The notes: generated from the letters alone by a model not told the origin. A stretch of 64,000 bases of DNA from Leptolyngbyaceae cyanobacterium (GCA_965263355.1 CBDHHL010000032.1:2624001-2688000), one strand, 5' to 3'; positions 41,515-50,762 are shown, counted from the stretch's first letter. A program made the numbers and translations.

Positions 41515-41600
41515 AGCTATTGTGTGTGGGATGGGTAACAATATCGCATAAATGAGTGGCAGATTGGACCTTATAAGGTGCCAGTTTTTACTGTGATAAA

Positions 41601-41688
41601 TCCCCTCCCAGGAGGGGCAGGGGGGTTGACCGTTGGCGCAATTTGCCGAAACCGATCCTGCCTATGGCACCACTCATAGGAAGCAGGG
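41601..41688 (+). repeat. ~88-bp dispersed REP-like repeat, family B copy 1
   Basis: CCCCTCCCAGGAGGGGCAG..GCGCAA..GCCTATGGC; similar to the reverse complement of 62941-63030. Confidence 0.65.
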
Positions 41689-41774
41689 TTGGTTCGTATT
41701 CATCAGAGAAGAGCTGTAAGGCTTATTACTTCGTTCATACTTAATCGAGATATGATCGGAAGGAACCAAAACCG

Positions 41775-41935
41775 GTTGCTTGGGGTCCCTCCGAGTTCCC
41801 TTTCCGGAAGTATTCGTGTTATCCCAATTAGGCAAACTGGGGTTTCCCCATGGCTAGAACCGAAAGGCCGCCCTAGGACCCACCCTACTGAGTTGTCCTT
41901 AATTGCATAAATAGGGGTTACGGCGGGGTCGATTA
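41775..41935 (-). repeat. ~160-nt structured dispersed element, copy 1
   Basis: Reverse complement aligns end to end with 52593-52753, with compensatory and wobble changes. Confidence 0.85.
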
Positions 41936-42013
41936 ATCAGGTTATCGCATTGTTGTTTGGCTCACCTTCAAGTAGAGCATACCTTTCAGGCAAATGATTG
42001 CATCTTCGATGCC

Positions 42014-42940
42014 TTACTCCGGCTTCTGAATTACTTTTAGGGGGTTCTCTAGCTGACGCTGTTTTGCTTTAGGGTCAATGCTCAACAACCGCACATAGTC
42101 ACCAGGATGACTGACCAAAAACTGTTCCACCTGGGTGAGTACCTGGGCCTCATGGGTGTTGCTAATTGTGGGGCCACTCTGCCAGGACCCTACCTTGAAT
42201 CGTCGTGCATCGGCAAATTCCAGGCCAATGTGGTGGCTCTGGCGAAGCTGTTGCTGGATGATGTCTCTGATTTCTGTTGGTAAAGGAGATACTTTGCCAT
42301 TTCGGATTGAACCATTGCCCGAATTCTGCAAAGAAGGGGCGCAGGCGATACCGTCAGAACAGCGATACCCGGCCCGTAAGGCTTGATTGACTTGGACCAC
42401 ATGGTGAGAGAAGCTGCGATCGCTATCGTTAGCATCCGGTAACCGATCGGCAGCTTGCTGTGTGGTAATCACCGCTCCCGACGGCACATACTTACCGGCA
42501 GGAATTTCCACATCCTGGATCAGGGCGTGCATCATCACAATGCAGCCGTGGCCCACCTGGGCATTAAATACCGTCGAGCGAAAGCCAATAAAACACTCAT
42601 TGCCAACGTAAGCAGGACCGTGGATCAACGCCATATGGGTGATGCAGGTATCATGGCCAATCCACACCGAATAAGCTTTCTGGTCATCCCCCAAGATGCG
42701 TCCCTGCTCTAAGCCATGGATGACCACCCCATCTTGAATATTAGTATTCGCACCGACGTAAAAGGGAGCCCCTTCATCCGCACGAATGGAGGTATTGGGG
42801 GCGACGATTACATTTTCACCCAGTTGCACATCCCCAATTAGACTGCACTGGGGATGAACATAGGCAGATGCAGCAATGATGGGCTTATCCAGATCGCTAT
42901 CCCAGGGAGTGGGTGGAGCGGGTTGATGACGCAGTGGCAT
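42014..42940 (-). CDS. CcmM-like gamma-carbonic anhydrase with a single RbcS-like (SSUL) domain
   Basis: [47 protein letters not shown]-terminal [25 protein letters not shown]. Confidence 0.88.
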   Translation of the reverse strand: MPLRHQPAPPTPWDSDLDKPIIAASAYVHPQCSLIGDVQLGENVIVAPNTSIRADEGAPFYVGANTNIQDGVVIHGLEQGRILGDDQKAYSVWIGHDTCITHMALIHGPAYVGNECFIGFRSTVFNAQVGHGCIVMMHALIQDVEIPAGKYVPSGAVITTQQAADRLPDANDSDRSFSHHVVQVNQALRAGYRCSDGIACAPSLQNSGNGSIRNGKVSPLPTEIRDIIQQQLRQSHHIGLEFADARRFKVGSWQSGPTISNTHEAQVLTQVEQFLVSHPGDYVRLLSIDPKAKQRQLENPLKVIQKPE

Positions 42941-42955
42941 GATTAGTTCCTCGGT

Positions 42956-43441
42956 TCAAAGTTGAGTGGGATTAGGCGCATCCCCATAGACGGCGACGGG
43001 GTTAAATGTCTTAGTGGCTTCCGTAAAGGTGAGGGCAACGGCACCATTTGCGGCTAAATCGCCCTCGCCAGCAGAAATCTGGCGGTAAAAGCAAGAGCGA
43101 TAGCCCACATGGCAACTGGCCCCTGACCCGGCCACCTGGACCTTCATCCACAGGCAATCTTGATCATCGTCGATCAACAACTGCTGCACGGTTTGTACCA
43201 GCCCACTGGTAGCTCCCTTATGCCAGAGCTGCTGACGGCTGCGGCTGTAGTAATGGGCTTCACGCGTTTCCAGGGTTTTCAGTAATGCGGCTTCATTCAT
43301 GTAGGCGTGCATCAACACCTCGCCGGTTGCAGCATCCGTGGTGATAACGGGGATGAGCCCATGGGCATCAAACTTGGGAGCCAGGAGCATCCCTTCTTCG
43401 ACAGCTTCAACCGAGGTACGGGCAGCAAATGGAGACGACAT
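42956..43441 (-). CDS. hisI: Phosphoribosyl-AMP cyclohydrolase, stand-alone paralog
   Basis: [44 protein letters not shown]. Confidence 0.9.
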   Translation of the reverse strand: MSSPFAARTSVEAVEEGMLLAPKFDAHGLIPVITTDAATGEVLMHAYMNEAALLKTLETREAHYYSRSRQQLWHKGATSGLVQTVQQLLIDDDQDCLWMKVQVAGSGASCHVGYRSCFYRQISAGEGDLAANGAVALTFTEATKTFNPVAVYGDAPNPTQL

Positions 43442-43587
43442 AGTGCAGAGAGTAACAATATTTGGGCCTGAGAGCGTTGATTTGCGGTCGATTTGGAGGG
43501 GCAGAAACCTCTTTCTCGGCTTGCTTTAAATTTGTAGACACCAACTTTATAAAGAGCTTATATCCACCTTTGTATAATCGCATATTG

Positions 43588-43608
43588 CGAGAATGATAAT
43601 CATTCTAA
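43588..43608. promoter_or_regulatory. Zur box upstream of hisI
   Basis: TGATAAT-C-ATTCTAA (43594-43608) within AGAATGAT-A-ATCATTCT; near match to the cyanobacterial 7-1-7 TGATAATNATTATCA. Confidence 0.75.
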
Positions 43609-43782
43609 TTAGAGATTGAGGTTTTTCGATGTCTAGTTTTAGATTGATATTGGAGAATACACGGTCCTATTTGCAGCGCGCTAGGGGACAAGCCAAGTCT
43701 GCTTGAGGCCGCTGAATCGTCAATAATTGGTGGCGCTGAGACGATTAGCAAAGGTAAAACCACTGGCTAGCTGGCATATCTC

Positions 43783-45426
43783 TCATCTGGTTAGCCAGCC
43801 GCCTCCCCAGGTCAACAGTATTGAAAACCCGATCGCCGCGATCGCCTGCCGAGCCATCAGCCCCACCGCAAATCGCACCGACTGTTCGCGAGCGATGGTC
43901 AGTGCAGTGACCAGGCAGGGCAGCAATACCCCGGCCAGGTAAACGCCTGTCAAGATTTGCAGCGGCGTGAGCAGGGCCAGGGTATCCGGTTCGGCAAAAA
44001 GCAACAGTCCATCTTTGCGAATTGAGGCCAAAATAACGGGTACAGCCGCCTCTGGGGGCAGACCAAACAGCCCCATCAGGGGATTAATCCAGCCAGCTAG
44101 GAGGGTGATCAGGCCCAGACTGTCCAACACCGAAGCGATCACCGTAATCACCAAAAAGATGGGAATCGCGTTGGTAAAAAACTGCTGGAGAGTGCCCTGG
44201 GTTTCGCGCCAGATGGCAGACCAGCGGGGAATTTCCAAAAACGTGCGCTGTTCGATCATCAGCGTATTGTGGACCGAGCGGGCGGCTTTGGGCGCAATCA
44301 GGCAGGTGTAGATCAAGGTGGTCAGGGTTAAGTAGCCCAGGTAAGGCACCACCAAACCGGGCATATTGGCCGCACTGAACACACCCAGAGTGGCCCCAAA
44401 CTGGTAAGAACAGGCAGAGCCAAAAGCGATCGCACTTACACAGGTCTGCCGAGAACAACTAGAACAGGCGCGAGTGCTGATCACGGCGGGCACATTGCAG
44501 CCAAACCCCATAATCACCCGCACTAAATCTCGCCCGGATAGGCCAAACGGTCTCAGGAGTGGATGTAGCGTCACAGTAATGCGTTCCACCAACCCGCTAG
44601 CCTTGTACACGCCTAAAAACAGTGCATACAGAATCACCGTCGGCACCGCCCAGACAAATAACAGCGGCCCCATGGTGACTAAGCCATAGCGGCCAATCAA
44701 AATCTCTCGTAGCAGCGATGGTGTCTGAGACAAGACCGTAATCAGAGGATCTAATCCAGCTTGTACAAGGGGATCCAGCACCCCCGCCACACCATTGGCC
44801 ACACCAACGGCAAGGACGGCAGGCAACAACAGCAAGATCACCGCCAGCAACCAGCCCCAGCGCGGCTGTTCTAGCCAGGTGGGATGGGGTTCAATGTACC
44901 AGCCCGCCGGGATCGGGTGCCACTGTTTGGGAAAAACGGTCGGCGTCTGGAGTGCCCCTAGAATCTGTCGGCGCTGATCCAAACTTAAATGGCGAGCATC
45001 CACGGGGATAAATCTCACCTGGGCAGTTTGTTCCCAACGGTCCACCACATGCTGGGTAAACTCAGAGGCCATGACCTTATCCCAAAAGGTGACCACGACT
45101 AACCCTTGCTTCCCGGCAACTAACGGCAGCAGGTCTGCCAGATCATTATCGATATGTGTGGCTTTAACCAACAACACAATGGTGTCATGGGCCTGAAGTT
45201 GGGCCAGGGCCATTCGGGTGGCGGCGGTGTCAGACCGAAAGAGAATGCCTGGGGTGTCGATCAAGAGATGATCGCCTGCCTGATAGCGATCGCAGGCAAT
45301 CGTTGAGCCTTGAATGTTTGTACTGGTGGGGCATTGGCCGGTGAGTGCCGCCGCTAGGGCGGATTTGCCGGTACTTTCTTTGCCGATGAGAACAATAGTG
45401 TGCTGGGTGGGGGGAGCCGGGGGCAT
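43783..45426 (-). CDS. FeoB-like GTPase + Gate (nucleoside-recognition) membrane protein
   Basis: G1 GKESTGKS, G3 DTPG; SGRDLVRVIMGFGCNVPA; LLPCLVT; multiple TM helices. Confidence 0.85.
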   Translation of the reverse strand: MPPAPPTQHTIVLIGKESTGKSALAAALTGQCPTSTNIQGSTIACDRYQAGDHLLIDTPGILFRSDTAATRMALAQLQAHDTIVLLVKATHIDNDLADLLPLVAGKQGLVVVTFWDKVMASEFTQHVVDRWEQTAQVRFIPVDARHLSLDQRRQILGALQTPTVFPKQWHPIPAGWYIEPHPTWLEQPRWGWLLAVILLLLPAVLAVGVANGVAGVLDPLVQAGLDPLITVLSQTPSLLREILIGRYGLVTMGPLLFVWAVPTVILYALFLGVYKASGLVERITVTLHPLLRPFGLSGRDLVRVIMGFGCNVPAVISTRACSSCSRQTCVSAIAFGSACSYQFGATLGVFSAANMPGLVVPYLGYLTLTTLIYTCLIAPKAARSVHNTLMIEQRTFLEIPRWSAIWRETQGTLQQFFTNAIPIFLVITVIASVLDSLGLITLLAGWINPLMGLFGLPPEAAVPVILASIRKDGLLLFAEPDTLALLTPLQILTGVYLAGVLLPCLVTALTIAREQSVRFAVGLMARQAIAAIGFSILLTWGGGWLTR

Positions 45427-45479
45427 GGAGAGAAGAGGAGAGGGGGAGAAGGGGAGAGGGGGAGACACCTTGCATCCAG

Positions 45480-46604
45480 CTAACAAATGCAGTCGTTGTC
45501 GCAGCAGGAGAGATCGTCGAGAAAGAGTCCGGCCTGGCGGTAGGCATCAAGGGGGGTGGTGTGGAGATCGAGGCGCTGAGCGATCGCATTGGCGATGACG
45601 GCAAACCGCTGACGAAATTTATAAATAAAGCAAAAAATCAGGTCACCATGGCGGACAGAGGGACCACTCACAAAGAGACCTGGGGTGAGGGTGGATTCGT
45701 CATTTTCCGTAAGCGCTGCATAGCCTTTAGACCAGTCGAACAAGGGTGAAATCTGTTTCAAACTGGTATCGAAACCGGTGCAAAGAATCGGGGGGTGGGC
45801 CGTCATCCACTTTTGGTATTCGCTGTAGACCGCGTAGCCACCGGGGATGGGTTTGACTTCTTCAATGGGTGCGTTACCCACCATGTCCAGACGACCGGTG
45901 CGATGGACAAATTCCAGACGCTGCAGGGTGTAGGGCGATAGGGATACGCTGGGGTCGGCATCAGGATTCGCCCAGACCCCGGTGCGATCGAGCACGCCAA
46001 CTTTCTTTCCTAGCGCCACAAGATTGGCAGCGGCATCCATACCGCTTTCGTAGCCGCCGATAATGATAAATTCATCCCCCTTTAGATCAGTCCACGACCG
46101 AATCTGACTGTTGTGGACGCAGTGCTCTGCCCCTGGAAAGGGATCAAGATGGGGATATTGATATTCTCCGGCGGCCCAAATGACAAACTGGGTAGAAATT
46201 TCACCGCTGCTAGTATGCAGAATAAAGCCTTCCTGGGACAATGGCTCAATGCTCTTGACATCCACCTCAGTTTGAATCGATAACTCAAAGTGAGCGGCAA
46301 CGGTCTGCAAGTACAGGGCATACTGTTTACCGCTGATATGTTCACGACGAAATGCGATCGCAGGCGAGGTCTTCAAGGTCACTGCATTCAGGTCAAGCAG
46401 TCCAAAGCCATGGCTGGGAAATGACGGTGTAATGAAGCTCATCTCCTTAGGCCAGCGGCTAAAGGAGGCTCCCACCTGGTGTCGCTCTAAAATCGTAAAG
46501 CGCTCCAGCCCCAGCTCTTTGAGCACAACGCCACAACCAATGCCAGCTGCTCCCGCACCGACAATCACAACGTCATAGGACAGATCCGCTTGGGAATGGC
46601 TCAC
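45480..46604 (-). CDS. NAD(P)/FAD-dependent oxidoreductase (YpdA/CzcO-like)
   Basis: VIVGAGAAG, WAAGEY, IIGGYESG, LCTGF, CFIYKFRQRF; C-terminus CCDNDCIC. Confidence 0.88.
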   Translation of the reverse strand: MSHSQADLSYDVVIVGAGAAGIGCGVVLKELGLERFTILERHQVGASFSRWPKEMSFITPSFPSHGFGLLDLNAVTLKTSPAIAFRREHISGKQYALYLQTVAAHFELSIQTEVDVKSIEPLSQEGFILHTSSGEISTQFVIWAAGEYQYPHLDPFPGAEHCVHNSQIRSWTDLKGDEFIIIGGYESGMDAAANLVALGKKVGVLDRTGVWANPDADPSVSLSPYTLQRLEFVHRTGRLDMVGNAPIEEVKPIPGGYAVYSEYQKWMTAHPPILCTGFDTSLKQISPLFDWSKGYAALTENDESTLTPGLFVSGPSVRHGDLIFCFIYKFRQRFAVIANAIAQRLDLHTTPLDAYRQAGLFLDDLSCCDNDCIC

Positions 46605-46630
46605 ACTGGTTTACCTGAATGACAAGGATA

Positions 46631-46651
46631 TGAAAATGATAATCATTATCA
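46631..46651. promoter_or_regulatory. Zur box
   Basis: Perfect TGATAAT-C-ATTATCA at 46637-46651 plus overlapping TGAAAAT-G-ATAATCA, ~30 bp upstream of the oxidoreductase. Confidence 0.88.
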
Positions 46652-46786
46652 ATTCCTTTGTCTAGGGGCTGTTGGGTCATGATTACACGGGCAGACCAAT
46701 GGTGTTAGCCCTCTCTAGTCAGGGTACGCAGCGCTAGTCTATACTCTGGGGATTATGCAGCTGCTGACGGTAATAGAGGAGAACTG

Positions 46787-48451
46787 ATGAATATCAATGT
46801 TTCTATTATCGACCAGCGCTTAGCATCAGTTATCGATGCCATTCGACTACAGGCTGCTGAAGAATTAGGGATTAGTGATGCTGGCAGACTTAAGTCCCTG
46901 GCTTTTGTAAATTTATGCGTTCAAACCATATTAGATCTAGAGGACGACCATACTTTCGATTGCCTAACCGAAGGCGGCGGGGATTTTGGTGTAGATGCCA
47001 TGCATATCTCTGAGGAATATGATGGTGAGTTTATCGTTAGCCTATTTCAGGCTAAGTATAGAAATAATCTAGAAGGTGACTCTAACTTTCCTGAAACAGG
47101 TATAGAGGCTCTCATCAATGCAATTCAATATCTATTCAACCCAGCAGCTACATTAGAGCATATTAATCAACGATTACTAACTAAGGTAGAAGAAGCTCGT
47201 AGCTTAATTCGGGATGGATATATTCCACAGGTTCGGGCATTAGCTTGTAATAACGGATTGAAGTGGAATACTTCAGCTCAGGAAGCAATTGACCGTGCTG
47301 GCTTCGGAGATCAAGTTGCTTGGGAACATGTTAATCACGAGCGCTTAGTAAAAATTCTTCAGGCATCTAAGCCAGTAAAGGATACTTTACAGCTCAGTGG
47401 AAAAGCTATTGTTGAAGATATGTACTTTAGTCGAGTACTTGTGGGAAGAATTTCGGTCGCTGAAATTGCAACACTTATTGAGCGACACGGTGAACGATTA
47501 TTAGAACGCAATATCCGTCGTTATCTGGGATTACAAGGTAATCGTGTTAATGAAGGTATTCGTAATACTTTAACTAGTGACGAAAAAAAGAATTTTTATT
47601 TTTACAATAATGGGATAACTCTGACGTGTGACAACTTTTCTTACAATGCACTACAAGATGGTGATTATCAAGTCCGTGTTGAAAACTTACAGATAATAAA
47701 TGGTGGTCAGACCTGCATGACCATATCTCAAACCTTGCAGGAACCTGATTTACTTAATCAGAATGCTGGAGCTTATGTCCTCCTCAGACTATATCAGTTG
47801 CCTAGTGAGAATAATGAACTAGTTCAAAAAATCACCTATGCTACCAATAGTCAAAATCCAGTAGATCTTAGGGACTTACGAGCTAATGACGAACGCCAGC
47901 TAAGATTAGAAATAGATATTGAACAATTGGGGTTTAATTATCGGCGTAAACGCTCTGGAACAAGCAGTGCCCGTTCTACAGAAATCACTTCAGGGGTAGC
48001 CGCAGAGGCAATACTGTCTGTTTGGAGGAAGAAACCTCATCAGGCAAAGTTTTTCTCCCGAGAGCATTTTGGGAAATTGTATGATGCAATATTTACTGAT
48101 CAGCTCAACGGTTCGCAAGTTGTGCTTGCTGTGCAATTGTATAGAATTTCTGAAAATCGGCGTAAACGACCAAAACCTAATGACCCTGATTTTGTTCGCT
48201 ATGCCTCATGCTTCATTGCAATGCAAATGGGGCATAGGCTTCTAAATGATATGGATATTCAAATTATGAATATCAGCCACCAGAATTTTCAGGTTGCTCA
48301 GCAGCTTATTGCGCGAAATGGTGAAGCTTATTTCAACGCATCAGTACAAGATATTCAGCAGGCACTTCAGAATCTTTATGGAGAACAAGAAATTTCCTTG
48401 CAACAGCTATCTGCAACCTTTCGGCGTGGTGATTTAATAGACAGACTTTAG
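46787..48451 (+). CDS. AIPR (abortive-infection phage resistance) family protein
   Basis: DFGVDA..FQAKY N-terminus; ERNIRRYLG, FYFYNNGIT, QIINGGQT, ATNSQN; AT-rich. Confidence 0.88.
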   Translation: MNINVSIIDQRLASVIDAIRLQAAEELGISDAGRLKSLAFVNLCVQTILDLEDDHTFDCLTEGGGDFGVDAMHISEEYDGEFIVSLFQAKYRNNLEGDSNFPETGIEALINAIQYLFNPAATLEHINQRLLTKVEEARSLIRDGYIPQVRALACNNGLKWNTSAQEAIDRAGFGDQVAWEHVNHERLVKILQASKPVKDTLQLSGKAIVEDMYFSRVLVGRISVAEIATLIERHGERLLERNIRRYLGLQGNRVNEGIRNTLTSDEKKNFYFYNNGITLTCDNFSYNALQDGDYQVRVENLQIINGGQTCMTISQTLQEPDLLNQNAGAYVLLRLYQLPSENNELVQKITYATNSQNPVDLRDLRANDERQLRLEIDIEQLGFNYRRKRSGTSSARSTEITSGVAAEAILSVWRKKPHQAKFFSREHFGKLYDAIFTDQLNGSQVVLAVQLYRISENRRKRPKPNDPDFVRYASCFIAMQMGHRLLNDMDIQIMNISHQNFQVAQQLIARNGEAYFNASVQDIQQALQNLYGEQEISLQQLSATFRRGDLIDRL

Positions 48452-48612
48452 CACATTAGAATTAGTTATTCGTTGGCTAAAGTAGCAACAGCCAGCTAAC
48501 CCTTCGTTGGTGCGAACAGAACAGAGCTTATGGCTAGAGAATAAGGTTATCTGCTTATCCCATAAGCTCGCCATTGTGGTCAGACCGAAGCCAATGCAGA
48601 CTGTTGCCGACG

Positions 48613-48641
48613 AGCAAGTTTCAACTCAGTTGAAACTTGCT
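48613..48641. terminator. Perfect 14-1-14 hairpin, probable bidirectional terminator
   Basis: AGCAAGTTTCAACT-C-AGTTGAAACTTGCT between convergent gene ends. Confidence 0.55.
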
Positions 48642-48653
48642 ATAGACCACCGT

Positions 48654-48780
48654 TTAGTCTAGAAATGCCTGTATAGCAGCCTCATTGCAACTGCCACCCA
48701 GACCGCTAACAATTGTGCAAGTATTGGTCATCAGCATGCCCGTATATGTGGCTGCGGGTGTGCCAGCTTCTCCTAAATAC
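48654..48780 (-). pseudogene. C-terminal remnant of a ZnuA/MntC-type binding protein
   Basis: LGEAGTPAATYTGMLMTNTCTIVSGLGGSC matches the end of 60673-61665 (LGPEGTPGGSYTGMLVYNTCTIVDGLGGKC). Confidence 0.8.
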
Positions 48781-48797
48781 CCACAATCGGACACAAA

Positions 48798-49160
48798 ATG
48801 CCCATCAGCGGGTGGGCTGAGAAATGGCGTAAGCGATGCGATCGCAAGCAACCTTGGGTTGTAGTTGTGGATGGCGATGTGGCGGGCTTCATCGAATTTG
48901 ACTCTGACGGCCACATCGACTGCACCTACGTATCTCCGGCTCATGCCGGTAAGGGGTACATGTCGGCAATCATGGAGCGAATCTTCCAGGAGGCGCGGCA
49001 GTCCAATCTGATCCGGCTCTACGCTGAGGTCTCCATCACAGCACGCCCCTTCTTCGAGCGCCATGGTTTCCGCGTCGTCCGCGACAACCCCCACAAAGTT
49101 CGCGGCGTTCCAATCTTGAACTACATCATGGAATGTTGGTTGCATCCGGATGCGGGGTAG
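48798..49160 (+). pseudogene. GNAT acetyltransferase (YafP-like), probably N-truncated
   Basis: VAGFIE..GHIDCTYVSP..GKG, AEVSITARPFFERHGF; GC-rich; first ~50 aa of the family appear absent. Confidence 0.7.
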
Positions 49161-49188
49161 CCGGGGTAGCCGAATATCTTTTGTCCAC

Positions 49189-49707
49189 CTACCGCTCCAG
49201 CAGGCGGGGCATCAACTCCACCAGGTTGCAAGGCCGATGGCGGGCATCCAGCTGGTCGTTAATCAGAGCATTCCAGCCAGTGCGGCAAGCCCCCGATGAC
49301 CCTGGCAAGCAAAAAATGTAGGTACCGTTGGCCACCCCCGCCAGGGCGCGGGACTGCACCGTGGACGTTTTAATCTCCTGGTAAGACACCATCCGAAAGA
49401 TTTCGCCAAAGCCGGGGAGTTGTTTATCCAGTAGAGGAGCAATGGCTTCAGGAGTGCCGTCCCGCCCGGTCACACCTGTGCCCCCAGTGGTGATGATGGC
49501 CTGCACCCCAGCATCAGCAATCCAGCGGGAGACCACCGCCCGAATTTGGTAAATATCGTCGGGTACGATCATTTTTTCGGCCAGGGTGTGGCCTGCGGTT
49601 TGCAGGTGCTCCACCAACAGCTGGCCCGATTTGTCGGTAGCTTCTGTGCGGCTGTCAGAGACAGTGAGAACGGCTATGGGGACGGGGATGAAGGCGGTGG
49701 CGGCCAT
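49189..49707 (-). CDS. moaB: Molybdenum cofactor biosynthesis protein B
   Basis: [39 protein letters not shown]. Confidence 0.93.
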   Translation of the reverse strand: MAATAFIPVPIAVLTVSDSRTEATDKSGQLLVEHLQTAGHTLAEKMIVPDDIYQIRAVVSRWIADAGVQAIITTGGTGVTGRDGTPEAIAPLLDKQLPGFGEIFRMVSYQEIKTSTVQSRALAGVANGTYIFCLPGSSGACRTGWNALINDQLDARHRPCNLVELMPRLLER

Positions 49708-49863
49708 GGGGCTTTTCTCTAATCAGGGCATGATTAAATTTATATTACAAAGTGCCATATGAAGGGGCTTTTCTGGTCAATTTTTGGATGCTTATAGGTA
49801 GTTCGTACCTCATTTTTGATGCGGCGTTTTACTCTTGCCAAAGATTGTGATCAGCGACTATGG

Positions 49864-49884
49864 TGTAGATACAGTGTATCTACA
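49864..49884. promoter_or_regulatory. Palindromic operator of the mazEF operon
   Basis: TGTAGATACA-G-TGTATCTACA, a perfect 10-1-10 palindrome ~50 bp upstream of mazE. Confidence 0.75.
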
Positions 49885-49936
49885 TTTGAAAGATTAGATT
49901 GTGATAGCTTCAACGTCCTAAATGTAAGGAGATCCT

Positions 49937-50236
49937 ATGGTTGCAATGGTTGCTAAGTGGGGCAATAGTTTAGCTCTTCGGATTCCTCAATATATTGTCA
50001 AAGAAATTCAGATCACTGAAGGTACTGAAGTCGAGCTTGTGGTGATTGATGGAAATATTAAACCTTGGAGGAATTAGTCGCTGGTATTACTTCAACACCT
50101 CACAGGCTCGATGCGACGGTAACAGTTGTTGGTAGTCAAACCTAAACCTCGTAAGCGTTATTCCTTGGAGGAATTAGTCGCTGGTATTACGCCTGAGATG
50201 GAAAGTGGTGTGGCTTTGGGGAATGAAGCTTGGTAA
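49937..50236 (+). pseudogene. mazE: MazE/AbrB antitoxin interrupted by a 72-bp insertion
   Basis: MVAMVAKWGNSLALRIP..IDGN; insertion 50057-50128 with in-frame TAG; then LVVKPKPRKRYSLEELVAGITPE..GNEAW*. Confidence 0.85.
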
Positions 50237-50577
50237 ATCCAACAGAACGCTATACGCCAGGACGAGGAGATATTGTTTATCTAGACTTTGATCCAACTAA
50301 AGGGCATGAACAGCGAGGACATCGACCTGCTCTGGTGGTTTCTCCTCGTAGTTACAATGCTAAAAGCTCTTTAGCACTGTTTGTGCCAATTACTAGACAG
50401 CAGAAAGGCTATCCCTTCGAGGTTCTTTTGCCACCTGGGCTAGAGGTTGAAGGGGTAGTACTTGCCGATCAAATCAAGTGTCTGGATTGGAAAGCTCGTA
50501 ACGTTCAGTTCGTTGAAACTGTATCAGAAGAACTGATGGAGGAGGTGCAAGCCAAGGTTGAACCTCTAATCTTCTAG
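50230..50577 (+). CDS. mazF: MazF/PemK endoribonuclease toxin
   Basis: PGRGDIVYLDFDPTKGHEQRGHRPALVVSP, PIT..KGYPFEV, LADQIKCLDW. Confidence 0.92.
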   Translation: MVNPTERYTPGRGDIVYLDFDPTKGHEQRGHRPALVVSPRSYNAKSSLALFVPITRQQKGYPFEVLLPPGLEVEGVVLADQIKCLDWKARNVQFVETVSEELMEEVQAKVEPLIF

Positions 50578-50607
50578 AGAGACATCTTTACCTATGTTTA
50601 TTAGCCT

Positions 50608-50762
50608 CGTAGGGTGGGTTGCCTCAAGACCAAGATATTTGCCACCAAATCAATATCTCCTCAACCCAACGTATCCAATATTCATGGGTGTTCAGCCATG
50701 CTGGGTTCAGGTGAATGTTGATAATATTTGAGGGATGTTGGAATGGAATAACCCAACCGACG
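50608..50762. repeat. REP-doublet-like element
   Basis: CGTAGGGTGGGTT...AACCCAACCGACG imperfect terminal inverted repeats with internal AACCCAAC / CTGGGTT. Confidence 0.5.

Noticed and set aside
41689..41910. 73-aa ORF over the 160-nt element
   Set aside because: The second copy has indels relative to this one and no matching ORF; no recognisable motif
45427..45486. N-terminal extension of the FeoB-like ORF (PPLPFSPSPLL)
   Set aside because: Derives from a purine-rich short tandem repeat; ATG 45426 just before the G1 motif is the more plausible start
48654..49145. 163-aa minus-strand ORF as a real gene
   Set aside because: Mostly antisense to the GNAT; only the last ~40 codons are a genuine remnant
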